Below are positions 1 to 12,529 of a DNA stretch of 64,000 nucleotides, piece by piece. Below the pieces are notes generated by a model. The model did no database searches and had not been told where the DNA came from. It worked only from the letters and a program-made list of their open reading frames with translations. A program made the position numbers and the translations under genes. Source of the DNA: Patescibacteria group bacterium (lineage in GTDB: Bacteria > Patescibacteriota > UBA1384 > JACPKC01); contig JBMNRW010000004.1 of the NCBI GenBank assembly GCA_050944875.1, positions 1,304 to 65,303 on the forward strand. The letters run 5' to 3'. Position 1 is the stretch's first letter; the number at the start of each line of letters is the position of its first letter.

Positions 1-1
1 G

Positions 2-139
2 GTTCCAACCATTGGCCAAGCCTTTGCCGATGAGATCTTCCGTGTCTTCGCCAATCAGCACCCAGAAATTGAGCTCATCCCGGAGAACGCCAACGAGCCG
101 GTCCAGTTCATGATTGGTCGGGTCAGGCAGTCGGAGTAG
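2..139 (+). CDS. C-terminal end of a DUF4325/STAS-like domain protein (partial, starts before window)
   Basis: Hand translation VPTIGQAFADEIFRVFANQHPEIELIPENANEPVQFMIGRVRQSE* resembles the IGQAFADEIFRVF motif of DUF4325 proteins. Confidence 0.7.
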   Translation, partial: VPTIGQAFADEIFRVFANQHPEIELIPENANEPVQFMIGRVRQSE

Positions 140-230
140 TCCAAAGAGCTGTCAAGTTCGTACTGCATGGCAGTATACGACACACCTTACGCGGATTTAT
201 CTACATAATTTACGGACGTACATTATATAA

Positions 231-267
231 TTGACAAACGCCGCATTCTGTGCTAGAGTGTTGCGTT
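231..267 (+). promoter_or_regulatory. sigma70-type promoter (TTGACA, 17 nt, TGnTAGAGT) followed by GCGTT
   Basis: TTGACA 231-236, TAGAGT 254-259, extended TG 251-252, AT-rich upstream. Confidence 0.75.
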
Positions 268-425
268 TTCAAATGAGGAATGAACTAGCAGCGAGCAGCC
301 ACGTGGCCCCGCGTTTGCTTCGGCTAACGACGGGGTCGGTACCCTCTTTTGCTGGGCAGTAGCTTGCTGAACTTCAGCACGTTCTGCCCCGCGCAAGCGG
401 GAGCTTTGGAAGGGAGGTGCCTGCC

Positions 426-730
426 ATGCAGCGCACCTAGAACCCCGGCGTGGCCGTGGCTGGATCCGGCTCGTCAATCGGGCGCTCAGCTCGTTTCAGC
501 GGGCGTGCGTCGTCGACAGCTTCGAGTGGGACACCTCACTGAGGCAGTTCCGGCTCGAGGACTGGCCGGTGAGCCTGACCTTCTGGGAGGGTTACCACAT
601 GCTGTGGTTTGACGCTCGGCCGCCGACGGACCGGGACCTCGGTGAGCACCAGAAGGAGCTCGTCGAGACCGTACTTATCGCGGTCTTCGAGGGACTGGCC
701 TTGGCCCAAGGAGTAGTGCTCACCGCGTGA
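426..730 (+). pseudogene. Orphan ORF (~100 aa) whose ATG is 1 nt out of frame, embedded in structured RNA
   Basis: SD GGGAGGTG 412-419, ATG 426 reads MQRT*; the -1 frame is open 371-730 (AAHLEPRRGRGWIRLVNRALSSF...AQGVVLTA*) with GC3-biased codons. Confidence 0.45.
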
Positions 731-898
731 GCGCTGCACCGGGCCCAACTTCGCTCTGCTCTACAGCGGAGCGCCTGGCCGCGCGGTTGAGCAGTATGCT
801 CCCGCCCCAGGCACCCCGAGCCAGCTTGGCTCGGGGACTTACCTCTGATTTCAATCCACCAATTGAGGATAGAGGTAAGTTCTTAGAGCTCGCCAGCA

Positions 899-930
899 TA
901 AAAGACCGCCTATGAAAGGCGGTCTTTTTG
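899..930. terminator. Bidirectional intrinsic terminator
   Basis: aaaagaccgcct-atgaa-aggcggtcttttt. Confidence 0.8.
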
Positions 931-1089
931 TATTCCGGATGAGTCGGCCGTTTTCGAATCCCTAGCGTCTCTCCATCGCTGGTATGCTCGATCGAAAATA
1001 AAGTTGTAGAATCGCTCGATGCGAGACTGCGCCTCCGGTGTTTCGTCAACCTGTCGATAGACGATTTTGAGTTTTCGCTTCCTTGTCAT
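910..1089 (-). CDS. Small basic hypothetical protein, divergent from XRE regulator
   Basis: AGGAGG SD directly upstream of ATGATG; MTRKRKLKIVYRQVDETPEAQSRIERFYNFIFDRAY... Confidence 0.6.
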   Translation of the reverse strand: MTRKRKLKIVYRQVDETPEAQSRIERFYNFIFDRAYQRWRDARDSKTADSSGIQKDRLS

Positions 1090-1156
1090 CATGCCTCCTA
1101 TGACCATGGTACTACCCGTAGCCACCCTGGGGATAACCTGCTATACTATCCACTGC

Positions 1157-1393
1157 ATGGCTAGTACAGAAAATAAATTAGAGACCAATGACTTGGGCAG
1201 TCAATTGAAGAGTGCTCGAGAAACGGTTAAACTCACCCAAGCAGAGGTGGCCTCTGCTGCAGGCATTCATGTAAATTTTTATGCCCGCATCGAGCGAAAT
1301 GAAGAAACACCGTCGATTGAGAATCTTCAAAAGATTATGAAGGTACTCAAAATCAAGACGCTGAATCTTACTGCTCCCGAAGATCGTGAGTAG
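1157..1393 (+). CDS. XRE-family helix-turn-helix transcriptional regulator
   Basis: LKSARETVKLTQAEVASAAGIHVNFYARIERNEETPSIENLQKIMKVL is a canonical HTH_3 pattern; TGnTATACT at 1139-1147. Confidence 0.9.
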   Translation: MASTENKLETNDLGSQLKSARETVKLTQAEVASAAGIHVNFYARIERNEETPSIENLQKIMKVLKIKTLNLTAPEDRE

Positions 1394-1528
1394 TTTCTCC
1401 ATCGGTATCGGTGTACGCGCGACGTAATTGGTCGAGCCAGCCTAGAAGCGGTTCGAATAAAAGTGCATCAAGGACCCCACTAAAACAGGGCACTGCACCA
1501 CCACCTACTTAGCGGAAAAGGACAAATT

Positions 1529-1735
1529 ATGTACGAATACCTTACGGAGCACCCGTTAGCACTGCTACTCTTTCTGGTCTGGAGTGCTTCATGGAAAGGA
1601 TTTGCCCTTTGGCGCGCAGCAAAGGCCGATAGTAGAGTATGGTTTATCGCTCTTTTTGTAATGAATACTGCTGGTATTCTTGAAATACTTTACCTGTTCC
1701 TTTTCTCGAAAACGACAAATACGAAAACGGCATAA
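1529..1735 (+). CDS. DUF5652-family small membrane protein
   Basis: WKGFALWRAAK...WFIALFVMNTAGILEILY motif. Confidence 0.8.
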   Translation: MYEYLTEHPLALLLFLVWSASWKGFALWRAAKADSRVWFIALFVMNTAGILEILYLFLFSKTTNTKTA

Positions 1736-1770
1736 CAAAAGCAATAGCGACGGCGCTGTTCGTCGCACTT

Positions 1771-1847
1771 GCCCCTGTAGCTTAACTGGATAGAGCAGCG
1801 GGTTTCTACCCCGCAGGTTGGAGGTTCGAGTCCTCCCGGGGGCGCCA
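1771..1847 (+). tRNA. tRNA-Arg(UCU)
   Basis: Cloverleaf, anticodon loop tt-TCT-ac, GTTCGAGTCC T-arm, encoded CCA. Confidence 0.95.
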
Positions 1848-1863
1848 TACTTAGGCACACAGC

Positions 1864-1899
1864 AAACGCACGCACCATCACCGTGGCGCGTGCGTTTTT
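1864..1899 (+). terminator. Intrinsic terminator after tRNA-Arg
   Basis: aaacgcacgc...gcgtgcgttttt. Confidence 0.7.
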
Positions 1900-1904
1900 G
1901 TTTC

Positions 1905-2336
1905 CTAGAGCGGGCTAACCCGCGTGCCAGTTACTAGGACAATCGGTCGCTGCGCCGGGTCAACGAGCGTCACAACCACATCCCATGAGCTGCTACGAAG
2001 AAGGAGCGTCGTATGGTCTTGCTGCACAATCTCTTCCACGCTCCAGCCAGGCAGTCCGTGCAGCGTTTCGGCGACAGCGACACGACTCCTGCCGGAGACA
2101 TACCGCAACTGAAAACCCTCAGCCGCAACAACAGCATCTTCAATCGTCAAGACATCGATCCGAAGCTCCATCGGCATAACGTCATACACTTCGTCCGTGG
2201 CAGCTGCGCGCTCCTCGCTCGTCATAGCACTTCGCTGTACCTGTGGCCCAAATGCGAACGGCAAGCGTACGGCGCCGCCATAGCACCCACTCAGTGTAAG
2301 TGCGATCAAAGAGATATAGATCAGGCGTTTTGCCAT
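1905..2336 (-). CDS. Hypothetical lipoprotein
   Basis: MAKRLIYISLIALTLSGC signal with lipobox; TGGTATAGT 6 nt upstream of ATG. Confidence 0.7.
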   Translation of the reverse strand: MAKRLIYISLIALTLSGCYGGAVRLPFAFGPQVQRSAMTSEERAAATDEVYDVMPMELRIDVLTIEDAVVAAEGFQLRYVSGRSRVAVAETLHGLPGWSVEEIVQQDHTTLLLRSSSWDVVVTLVDPAQRPIVLVTGTRVSPL

Positions 2337-2420
2337 GTGCTCACTATACCAGGATTCCTTGAACTCATCGCGCACTTCTGTTACCATCTCGGCGTCGCGC
2401 TGCACGTGCGTGTGCCTTAC

Positions 2421-2495
2421 GGATCGCTAGCTCAATGGTAGAGCAGCTGCCTCTTAAGCAGTTGGTTCTGGGTTCGAGTCCCAGGCGGTCCACCA
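2421..2495 (+). tRNA. tRNA-Lys(CUU)
   Basis: Cloverleaf, anticodon loop ct-CTT-aa, CCA end. Confidence 0.95.
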
Positions 2496-2496
2496 G

Positions 2497-2571
2497 GGCC
2501 CCATCGTCTAATGGTTAGGACACCACCCTTTCACGGTGGGAATCGGGGTTCGAATCCCCGTGGGGTCACCA
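2497..2571 (+). tRNA. tRNA-Glu(UUC)
   Basis: Cloverleaf, anticodon loop ct-TTC-ac, CCA end; 1 nt after tRNA-Lys. Confidence 0.95.
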
Positions 2572-2579
2572 GAGTAAGT

Positions 2580-2608
2580 ACCTACCCGTTGACGGTAGGT
2601 TTATTTTT
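2580..2608 (+). terminator. Intrinsic terminator of tRNA-Lys/Glu pair
   Basis: acctacc...ggtaggt followed by ttattttt. Confidence 0.65.
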
Positions 2609-2650
2609 GCCTCGAACTCACTATCGGCGCGTCCATGCTATACTGCACTC

Positions 2651-3304
2651 ATGTCCTCACTCGGCACCCCTGACAGTAAATCTATCCTACTTCTCGTTGG
2701 CGTCGTCGCAGTCGGCGCTGTATTTATCATCGCGATCGCACTCCTTTCGAATCGCCCCCAAAAAGCGGCAGTTATTACTGCGCTTCCGTACAGTGATCCG
2801 GAATCAGGCATCGTGTTCACTGCGCCCGCAACATGGTCAGTTGGAGCAGATAGCGGCGCGTTTCTTAAAATCCGTTCCGTGAAACTTGACTCGATTCAAA
2901 CGCAGCGAAGCACCTGTGCAAACTACAGCACAACGACATCAAAATCGATTCAGCTCGCCCTCAAGGATAACCTGAGCTCTGCATCGGAGACGTGGCGGAA
3001 AGAGTTCCCGGGCCTGCGTCACGCAGAAACCGTGCAGACAAAATCCGGTGTCGCACTCCTGGGTGTCGACACGTGCAATACATCACTGACACGCAAAACC
3101 CTCACGCTACGAGGACAAACCTATCGGAACAATACGGAGGTCCGATTCGAAGTAACACTGACTCCACCAACGACCGCCGAGAATACCTCCGAACCATCGA
3201 GCAGTATACTCAACGCGTTTGCTGATGACCTAATCCAAGGCGCCGGTGGCGAACAACAGGCGACGTTCACCGGTTTCGTGCAGACGCTGCGCTCAATCGA
3301 GTAG
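2651..3304 (+). CDS. Hypothetical N-terminally membrane-anchored exported protein
   Basis: N-terminal TM helix then YSDPESGIVFTAPATW; TGnTATACT 6 nt upstream of ATG. Confidence 0.7.
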   Translation: MSSLGTPDSKSILLLVGVVAVGAVFIIAIALLSNRPQKAAVITALPYSDPESGIVFTAPATWSVGADSGAFLKIRSVKLDSIQTQRSTCANYSTTTSKSIQLALKDNLSSASETWRKEFPGLRHAETVQTKSGVALLGVDTCNTSLTRKTLTLRGQTYRNNTEVRFEVTLTPPTTAENTSEPSSSILNAFADDLIQGAGGEQQATFTGFVQTLRSIE

Positions 3305-4442
3305 GCGTTACGAACTCAGCGTGCAAATGCAACGCGTACGCGAGCGTTGCCTGTAGTGCGGCGATTCGAGCAGTGGGCACGCGGAGCCGCTGCAGCGACA
3401 GTACGCCCGGCGAAACCGCAAGATCGTGGACGAAGAGCTCACCGTCGGTAGTCGGCCGAAAATCGATCGTCAACTCACCGAGACCATGCACCCGCACGTC
3501 GAGCAGGCGGACGATCGCTTCGACGGTCGTATGGATGTGGTAGAGAAACGACTTCGTCCTGCTCTGTAGTTGCTCCTCGAGCACTCCCTCGAGTTCGTGG
3601 GCGAGCCCCGCCGTTGCATACCTCCCGCCTACCATCCCCTGCTGACCAAAGCGGAGGAGCATCGTGGGCGACTGCCAGGTTGCTCGCTCGCCGCGTTGCA
3701 TGAACACACGAACCATGAGCGGATGTCCCTCGATAAGCAACGGCTGTCGGTACGGCACGAGCATGGTCTCGCCGCACGTACTCTCGAGGTAGCTCCGGAC
3801 GCGCAGCAACGAGCGAAACGTCTGCTCCTCCGCATGCTCTCCGTACTCACGCCGACAGACCATTGCATCAGTCTGTCGGTTCAGCAGCACGAGCTCGTTC
3901 GCCTGGCCGCGGTACCGACTGAACGCCAGAAGCTGTGGCGCTGCCGCTGAGAGTGAGGCGATCGTCGCACTATCACGGAGGAGCGTCGCCTCCGAAATAA
4001 CCCGGGTAAGGGTTGGGGAGCTCCCGAGTACATGGAAGCTTCGCCACCGGTCGTTCGTCATTGCCTCGATCTCCGGGTGATTGAAGAACTGTACGCCACC
4101 CTCGTCTCGAAGCCAGGTCAATGCGTCGAGCTCCGCCTCTGAAAGAGTCGGCCGACGCACTACCGCCACGTGCGGAAGCACGCAGAACGCCCGCTCCCAG
4201 CTCCCATTTGACCGAGTCCAGCCCCAGATGAGGCGCCGCTGCTTCAAGAGATCCCGGTACGAGAACGCGTACGCCGTCCAGCCATCTGCCTGCGCGCGCT
4301 CGACTAAATCCCTCAAATACGTCGTGTACGAGCCGAAGACACCACCGCTCGACTCGGGCGCATGCGGCTGCGCGAGCACGGCGAAGACGCGTGACATCCC
4401 TCCAGCCCCCAGTAGCGGCGTACTTCCGACTTGCATGGTCAT
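3267..4442 (-). CDS. YheC/YheD-like ATP-grasp fold protein (divergent)
   Basis: LPHVAVVR, QFFNHP..NDRWRSFHVL, LLIEGHPLMVRVFMQRG, LGELTIDF...DGELFV resemble YheC/D motifs. Confidence 0.65.
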   Translation of the reverse strand: MTMQVGSTPLLGAGGMSRVFAVLAQPHAPESSGGVFGSYTTYLRDLVERAQADGWTAYAFSYRDLLKQRRLIWGWTRSNGSWERAFCVLPHVAVVRRPTLSEAELDALTWLRDEGGVQFFNHPEIEAMTNDRWRSFHVLGSSPTLTRVISEATLLRDSATIASLSAAAPQLLAFSRYRGQANELVLLNRQTDAMVCRREYGEHAEEQTFRSLLRVRSYLESTCGETMLVPYRQPLLIEGHPLMVRVFMQRGERATWQSPTMLLRFGQQGMVGGRYATAGLAHELEGVLEEQLQSRTKSFLYHIHTTVEAIVRLLDVRVHGLGELTIDFRPTTDGELFVHDLAVSPGVLSLQRLRVPTARIAALQATLAYALHLHAEFVTPTRLSAASARNR

Positions 4443-4461
4443 TCGGTATAGTACACTCCTA

Positions 4462-6441
4462 ATGAACAGGGTCGCAACGCTTACGCTCGACGCGCCCTAC
4501 GCACCGGCCGGCGACCAGCCGCAAGCAATTGCAGCGCTCACCGAAGGCCTCAGGCGCGGGGACGAGCACCAGACGCTACTTGGTGTCACAGGCTCAGGAA
4601 AGACGTTCACGATCGCGAACGTCCTTGCGGCGTGCAACCGTCCAGCGCTCGTCATCGCGCACAATAAAACGTTGGCTGCCCAGCTGACGCAAGAGTTCCG
4701 GACGTTCTTCCCCAATAGCGCCGTCGAGTACTTCGTCAGCTACTACGACTACTACCAGCCAGAGGCGTACCTTCCAGGTTCGGACACGTACATCGAGAAA
4801 GAAGCGCAGATCAACGATGAGATCGACCGCTTACGCCACGCAGCGACGGCCGCTCTCCTGACGCGCCGTGACGTCATCGTCGTCGCCTCGGTGTCGGCAA
4901 TCTACGGCCTTGGTTCGCCAGCCGAGTACAAGCGGACGATGCTCGGCCTTCAGGTAGGTACCGAGATCGACCGCTCCGAGCTCCTCGCCCGGCTCATCGA
5001 CATGCAGTACCTCCGGAGCACCTCGTACGAACGCGGCACCTTCCACGCACGCGGCCCAGTCATCGACGTCGTCCTGGCGGGTGAAGAGCGGATCTACCGC
5101 ATCATGCTTGAAGGGAAAACCACCGCCCGCCTCGCCGTACTCGACCGCGTCTCGCGCCGCGTCCTTGAAGAAGTCGATACGCTCTATATCTTCCCCGCGA
5201 AGCACTTCGTCGTCGCCCCCGAGCTCATGGACGGCGCCCTCAAGAACATCCACGCTGAACTCGTGACTCAGGTCGAGCACCTACGCAAGCGGGGGAAGAT
5301 GCTCGAAGCGGAACGGCTTTGGCGCCGAACGAACCACGACCTCGCGCTCATTCGGGAAGTCGGCTACTGCAATGGCATTGAGAACTACTCGCGCCACCTC
5401 TCCGACCGCAAACCAGGCGAGGCGCCGTACACACTCCTCGACTACTTCCCCGACGACTTCGTCACTGTCATTGACGAGTCGCACGTCACCGTCCCACAGA
5501 TTGGCGGTATGTACGCCGGTGACCGGGCACGCAAGGAAACGCTCATCGAGTACGGGTTCCGCCTCCCGTCCGCGCTCGACAACCGGCCGCTCAACTTCAC
5601 GGAGTTCCTCCAGAAAACTGGCCAGAAACTCTACCTCTCGGCGACGCCCGGTCCGTACGAGCGCAAGGTGAGTACGCAGCTCGTCGAGCAGATCATCCGG
5701 CCGACCGGCCTCATCGATCCTGAGGCTGATATTCGCCCGATCGAGAACCAGGTCGACGACGCGATCCGGGAGATTGCCGCTGAAGTGGACGGTGGTAACC
5801 GCGTCCTCGTCACGACGCTCACGAAGAAAATGGCCGAAGACCTCTCCGAGCACCTCGAAAAGGCTGGCGTGAAGTCGACGTACCTCCACTCCGACGTGGA
5901 CACGATCGACCGGATCCGCATCCTCGAGAAGCTCCGCCGCGGCACGGTCGACGTGCTCGTCGGCGTCAACCTCTTGCGCGAGGGTCTCGACCTGCCCGAG
6001 GTCTCGCTCGTCCTCATCCTCGACGCAGATAAAGAAGGCTTCCTCCGTTCCGAAACCTCGCTCGTCCAGACGATCGGCCGTGCGGCGCGTAACGTCCGGG
6101 GACGCGTCGTGCTCTACGCCGACGCCGTAACTGGCTCCATGGAGCGGGCGCTCAAGGAAACCGAACGCCGGCGAACAAAGCAGCTCAAGTACAACGAAGA
6201 GCACGGTATCACGCCGGAGACGGTGAAGAAGAACATCCAGAGCATTATCCCCGAGGAAGACATCCTGCCGAGCGAAGACCTCGTGAAGCCGATCAACCTC
6301 GACGACCTGCCGAAGATGATCCGCGAAAAGGAGCGGCAGATGAAAGAGCTCTCGCACGGGCTCCGGTTCGAAGAAGCTGCCGTCGTCCGCGACGAGCTCA
6401 TCCAGCTCCGGAAGATGCACCGCACGCTGTCCGGGCGCTAA
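4462..6441 (+). CDS. uvrB: Excinuclease ABC subunit B
   Basis: PAGDQPQAI, GVTGSGKT, FVSYYDYYQPEAY, IDESH, NLLREGLD, GRAARN; start reassigned to ATG 4462. Confidence 0.98.
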   Translation: MNRVATLTLDAPYAPAGDQPQAIAALTEGLRRGDEHQTLLGVTGSGKTFTIANVLAACNRPALVIAHNKTLAAQLTQEFRTFFPNSAVEYFVSYYDYYQPEAYLPGSDTYIEKEAQINDEIDRLRHAATAALLTRRDVIVVASVSAIYGLGSPAEYKRTMLGLQVGTEIDRSELLARLIDMQYLRSTSYERGTFHARGPVIDVVLAGEERIYRIMLEGKTTARLAVLDRVSRRVLEEVDTLYIFPAKHFVVAPELMDGALKNIHAELVTQVEHLRKRGKMLEAERLWRRTNHDLALIREVGYCNGIENYSRHLSDRKPGEAPYTLLDYFPDDFVTVIDESHVTVPQIGGMYAGDRARKETLIEYGFRLPSALDNRPLNFTEFLQKTGQKLYLSATPGPYERKVSTQLVEQIIRPTGLIDPEADIRPIENQVDDAIREIAAEVDGGNRVLVTTLTKKMAEDLSEHLEKAGVKSTYLHSDVDTIDRIRILEKLRRGTVDVLVGVNLLREGLDLPEVSLVLILDADKEGFLRSETSLVQTIGRAARNVRGRVVLYADAVTGSMERALKETERRRTKQLKYNEEHGITPETVKKNIQSIIPEEDILPSEDLVKPINLDDLPKMIREKERQMKELSHGLRFEEAAVVRDELIQLRKMHRTLSGR

Positions 6442-6595
6442 CAGCCAACTAGTAGGCTTTCGTGTTTGGGTTCTGTTCGGTTCTGCCGTATACTAGTCTG
6501 GCGACAACTGCTGAACAGGTATCGCCACTACAGTGCAATGATATAGCGTAAGTACTTACTCGCCCCGTCTGCACCAGGGCACTTGGACTCAAGTC

Positions 6596-9429
<2,834 letters not shown>

Positions 9430-9430
<1 letters not shown>

Positions 9431-10671
9431 TGGCACGCGGCGCCGTCACGCCCCAAACCCGCAACCGTCTTCCGCGCGAGCCCGGCGTCTACTACTACCA
9501 GGACAGCACCGGGACGACGCTCTACGTCGGCAAGGCGACCAGTCTCCGTGACCGCGTCGGCTCATACTGGTCGCGCCCCTTAGACGCGCGCCTCACGGAG
9601 ATGCTCCCGAAGATCGCGCGCATCCGCTACCAGACGACCGACACCGCGCTCGAGGCCCTCATCCTCGAGGCAAACGAGATCCAGCGCCTGAACCCGCCGG
9701 TCAATATCCGCGGCAAGGACAACAAAACGTTCGCGCAGATCGCGCTCACGAGAGAGGACTTCCCACGACTCCTCATCGCCCGGCCGACGCAGAAGCTCGA
9801 CGTGCCCATCGACCGGACGTTTGGCCCGTACGTCTCCGCAATCGCTGCCCGCCAGGCGCTGAAGACGCTGGGCTCGATCTTCAAGTTCAACTGCAAGGGC
9901 AAGCCACTCTCTGGTCGGCCGTGCTTCTACTACCACTTGGGCTCTTGCCCCGGCGTCTGTGTCGGGAAGATCACGCCCGAGGAGTACCGCAAGCAGATCC
10001 GGAAAGTCGTCCAGTTCCTCGAAGGGAAGAAAGCGCGCGTCATCGCGACGACTCGTCGGCAGATGGAGGAGGCGGCGCGCGCCGAGCGGTTCGAGCAGGC
10101 CGCGCGACTGCGCAACGAGCTCTTCGCACTCACCCACATTCGCGACACCGCCTTCATGACCGACGACTCGACCGAGTTTCTCTCGCAGGCCTTCCCGCCA
10201 AGGCTCGAGGCCTACGACATCTCAAATATTGGCGCGACCGCCGCAGTGGCGAGTATGGTCGTCCTCGAGTACGGCCGGCCCAACCCCAACGAGTACAAGC
10301 AGTTTCGCATCCGTTCAACGCCCGGCCAGAACGACGTCGCAATGATCCGTGAGGTCGTGACGCGTCGCCTCAACCACCCCGAGTGGGGCACGCCCGACCT
10401 CATCCTCATCGACGGCGGCTTGGCGCAGGTAAATGCCGCGCGGGTCGCCGCCAAACGCGCCGGCCAACCTAACCTGCCGATCGCTGGCGTCGTCAAAGGC
10501 CCCCAGCGCAAGCTCGCCCGCCTAGTCTTAACGGACGCGGCACGTGACTGGCTGAATAACCACCGACTCACAACACAGCTCTTTGAGCCGGTCGCCCGCC
10601 TCGCCCGCGACGAAGCCCACCGCTTCGCCATTAAGTACCACCGAAAGGTGCGAAACAAACGACTATACTAA
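9430..10671 (+). CDS. uvrC: Excinuclease ABC subunit C (short, no C-terminal HhH2)
   Basis: GIY-YIG (PGVY..LYVGKA..LRDRV.SY), UVR helix, EAYDISN, PDLILIDGG, RDEAHRFAI. Confidence 0.93.
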
Positions 10672-10678
10672 ACTACAC

Positions 10679-12226
10679 CTACATCGCGGCCGGGTGGTAC
10701 TTAAGATCCTGCCGGGCGACGTGCTTCTCCGTCACGCGAAACCCGAGGTACTTCCCAAAGAGGAGTCGGGTCTGGGCGTCGACCGCCGGCAAGGACGAGA
10801 AGAGCAGGCATGAGATCGGTAAGAGGATCGGGGCGGTAATCCACTCGAGCGCGACGCTCGACGCCGAGGCGACCTGGCGATTCTTCGGTCGCGGCGGCAG
10901 GAGGAGCATCGAGATCATCTGTGTTACCGCCATACCGACGAGTGCGGTGGTGAGGATATTCCCGTAGAGCGGCGGGAAGGTGTACGCAATGACGGCGTTA
11001 CTGTACTGCCCACGCGCCAGCAAGGTCGGAAGCCAGCTGTACACCGCGAGAATGATCGAGGTCGTCCCCCACGAGAAGTGCCCTTCGACGAGCCGCCAGG
11101 CCTGGTACCACTTATCGAGCATCGGGAGGTGTGGGTTCTTCCACGTGTGGTAGAGCACGTACGGGATGTCCGAGCAGCCCCACGCCCACCGGCGCTTCTG
11201 CAGGTACTGCTCGCGGAACGTCGCCACGTACCCCTTCGGCGAAAGCACGGCGTCCTGGTAGACGGGTACGTTCAAGGGGATAACGTCGTGGCGGCCGTTG
11301 AACTTGAAGTAGCTGCGCCAGTACTGGTGGCCGTCCTCGACGATCGTCTTCGTCGACCAGTACTTCGTTGCGACGACTGCCTCGAAGCTCTGGGCGTGGG
11401 CAGAGAAGTTCCGCAGTCGGTACGGCCGGGTCGACTCGATCATCTGCCAGAACGAGCTCCCAAGCGCGATCGACCGGATCGGCATCGGAACCTCCCAGAT
11501 ATTATTAAAGAACATCGGGATCGGCTGGAACGAGGCGTGCACCGGGTCCGGGTGCTTGAGGTACGCGTACGCGAGCGCCGCGAAGTACTTCGCGTGGACG
11601 CGGTTGTCAGCGTCGAGCGTCGTCGTTACCACTCGGTCGTACGGGATATTCCGCCGGTCCAAAAGGCGCCGCGCGTGCTTCGCCGCCCAGCTAATGTTCG
11701 CGCCCTTCCCGATCACCTCACCCGGAATATCAGCCGGGTGCACAGTCGTAAGGAGCGCCGCAAAAGTCTTGCCATAGGACGCCTTCGCCGCCTTTGCGAC
11801 CGCTGCCCCGTTCTCGGCAAAGCGACCCTCAGTGGCTAAGACGACGATGATCCGGTCCTTCCGGTACCCCGCGCTCGCGATCGACTCGAGCGTCGACGCG
11901 ACGATGAGCGGATCCTCTTTCGAGACCGCCACGACGACCATGTGGTAGAGCGCGTCGACTGCGTCAGCCGGGAACCGGGTGTCGAGCTCCTTGAGCCAGT
12001 CCCGTCTGACGTCGCGGCGGTAGCGCAGGAACCCAACAACCAAGCGCGCACTCATCATGAGCGCGCGGGAGAGCCAGAGGACGGCGTAGACGATGAGCAG
12101 GTTCGCCGCGACCGTTGGCGCGAAAATCGTCAGTACCAGGAGTCCAATGAACGTTCCCCAGGTCAACAAGCCAGGCACAAGCTCAAGCCAAACCGGGTAC
12201 GGCGTGTCGTGGAGCCCGCCCCGCAT
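10679..12226 (-). CDS. Membrane-bound GT2 glycosyltransferase (processive type)
   Basis: GKGAN, TTLDAD, IVEDG, QKRRW (D,D,D,QxxRW) and multiple TM helices; start at TAATG overlap. Confidence 0.88.
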   Translation of the reverse strand: MRGGLHDTPYPVWLELVPGLLTWGTFIGLLVLTIFAPTVAANLLIVYAVLWLSRALMMSARLVVGFLRYRRDVRRDWLKELDTRFPADAVDALYHMVVVAVSKEDPLIVASTLESIASAGYRKDRIIVVLATEGRFAENGAAVAKAAKASYGKTFAALLTTVHPADIPGEVIGKGANISWAAKHARRLLDRRNIPYDRVVTTTLDADNRVHAKYFAALAYAYLKHPDPVHASFQPIPMFFNNIWEVPMPIRSIALGSSFWQMIESTRPYRLRNFSAHAQSFEAVVATKYWSTKTIVEDGHQYWRSYFKFNGRHDVIPLNVPVYQDAVLSPKGYVATFREQYLQKRRWAWGCSDIPYVLYHTWKNPHLPMLDKWYQAWRLVEGHFSWGTTSIILAVYSWLPTLLARGQYSNAVIAYTFPPLYGNILTTALVGMAVTQMISMLLLPPRPKNRQVASASSVALEWITAPILLPISCLLFSSLPAVDAQTRLLFGKYLGFRVTEKHVARQDLKYHPAAM

Positions 12227-12513
12227 TAGGACATGCTCCCATACACCATCGCGAACAGGATGAGAAACCCAACTTGCACGATCACGGCTGCCCCTCCTAA
12301 CACGTATCCTACGATAGGCTCTCGGCGAGCATACGTCCAGGTGATGAACGCGTTCGAAACCAAAAAGACGCTCGCGGCAAGCGGCGCCACTAGATCGTAC
12401 GTGACAAGCGACCGTAGCCACCAGACGAGGAGGTTACCGAGAACGGCAACTGCGAAGAGGAAGGTAGTGCTCCGGTCGACCCCGGCTGGCGGGGTGGGTG
12501 GGGTCGTGGTCAT
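12226..12513 (-). CDS. Small 3-TM hypothetical membrane protein
   Basis: Hydrophobic ORF translationally coupled to GT2. Confidence 0.65.
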   Translation of the reverse strand: MTTTPPTPPAGVDRSTTFLFAVAVLGNLLVWWLRSLVTYDLVAPLAASVFLVSNAFITWTYARREPIVGYVLGGAAVIVQVGFLILFAMVYGSMS

Positions 12514-12529
12514 ACGGTAGTTGTTGAGC

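Noticed and set aside
4081-4461. 127-aa N-terminal extension of UvrB in the ORF track
   Set aside because: Overlaps the divergent ATP-grasp gene; UvrB similarity begins near ATG 4462
6465-6530. LexA box upstream of uvrA (gttctgttcggttc; tgaacaggtatcg)
   Set aside because: Spacing and sequence do not fit GTTC-N7-GTTC or GAAC-N4-GTTC convincingly
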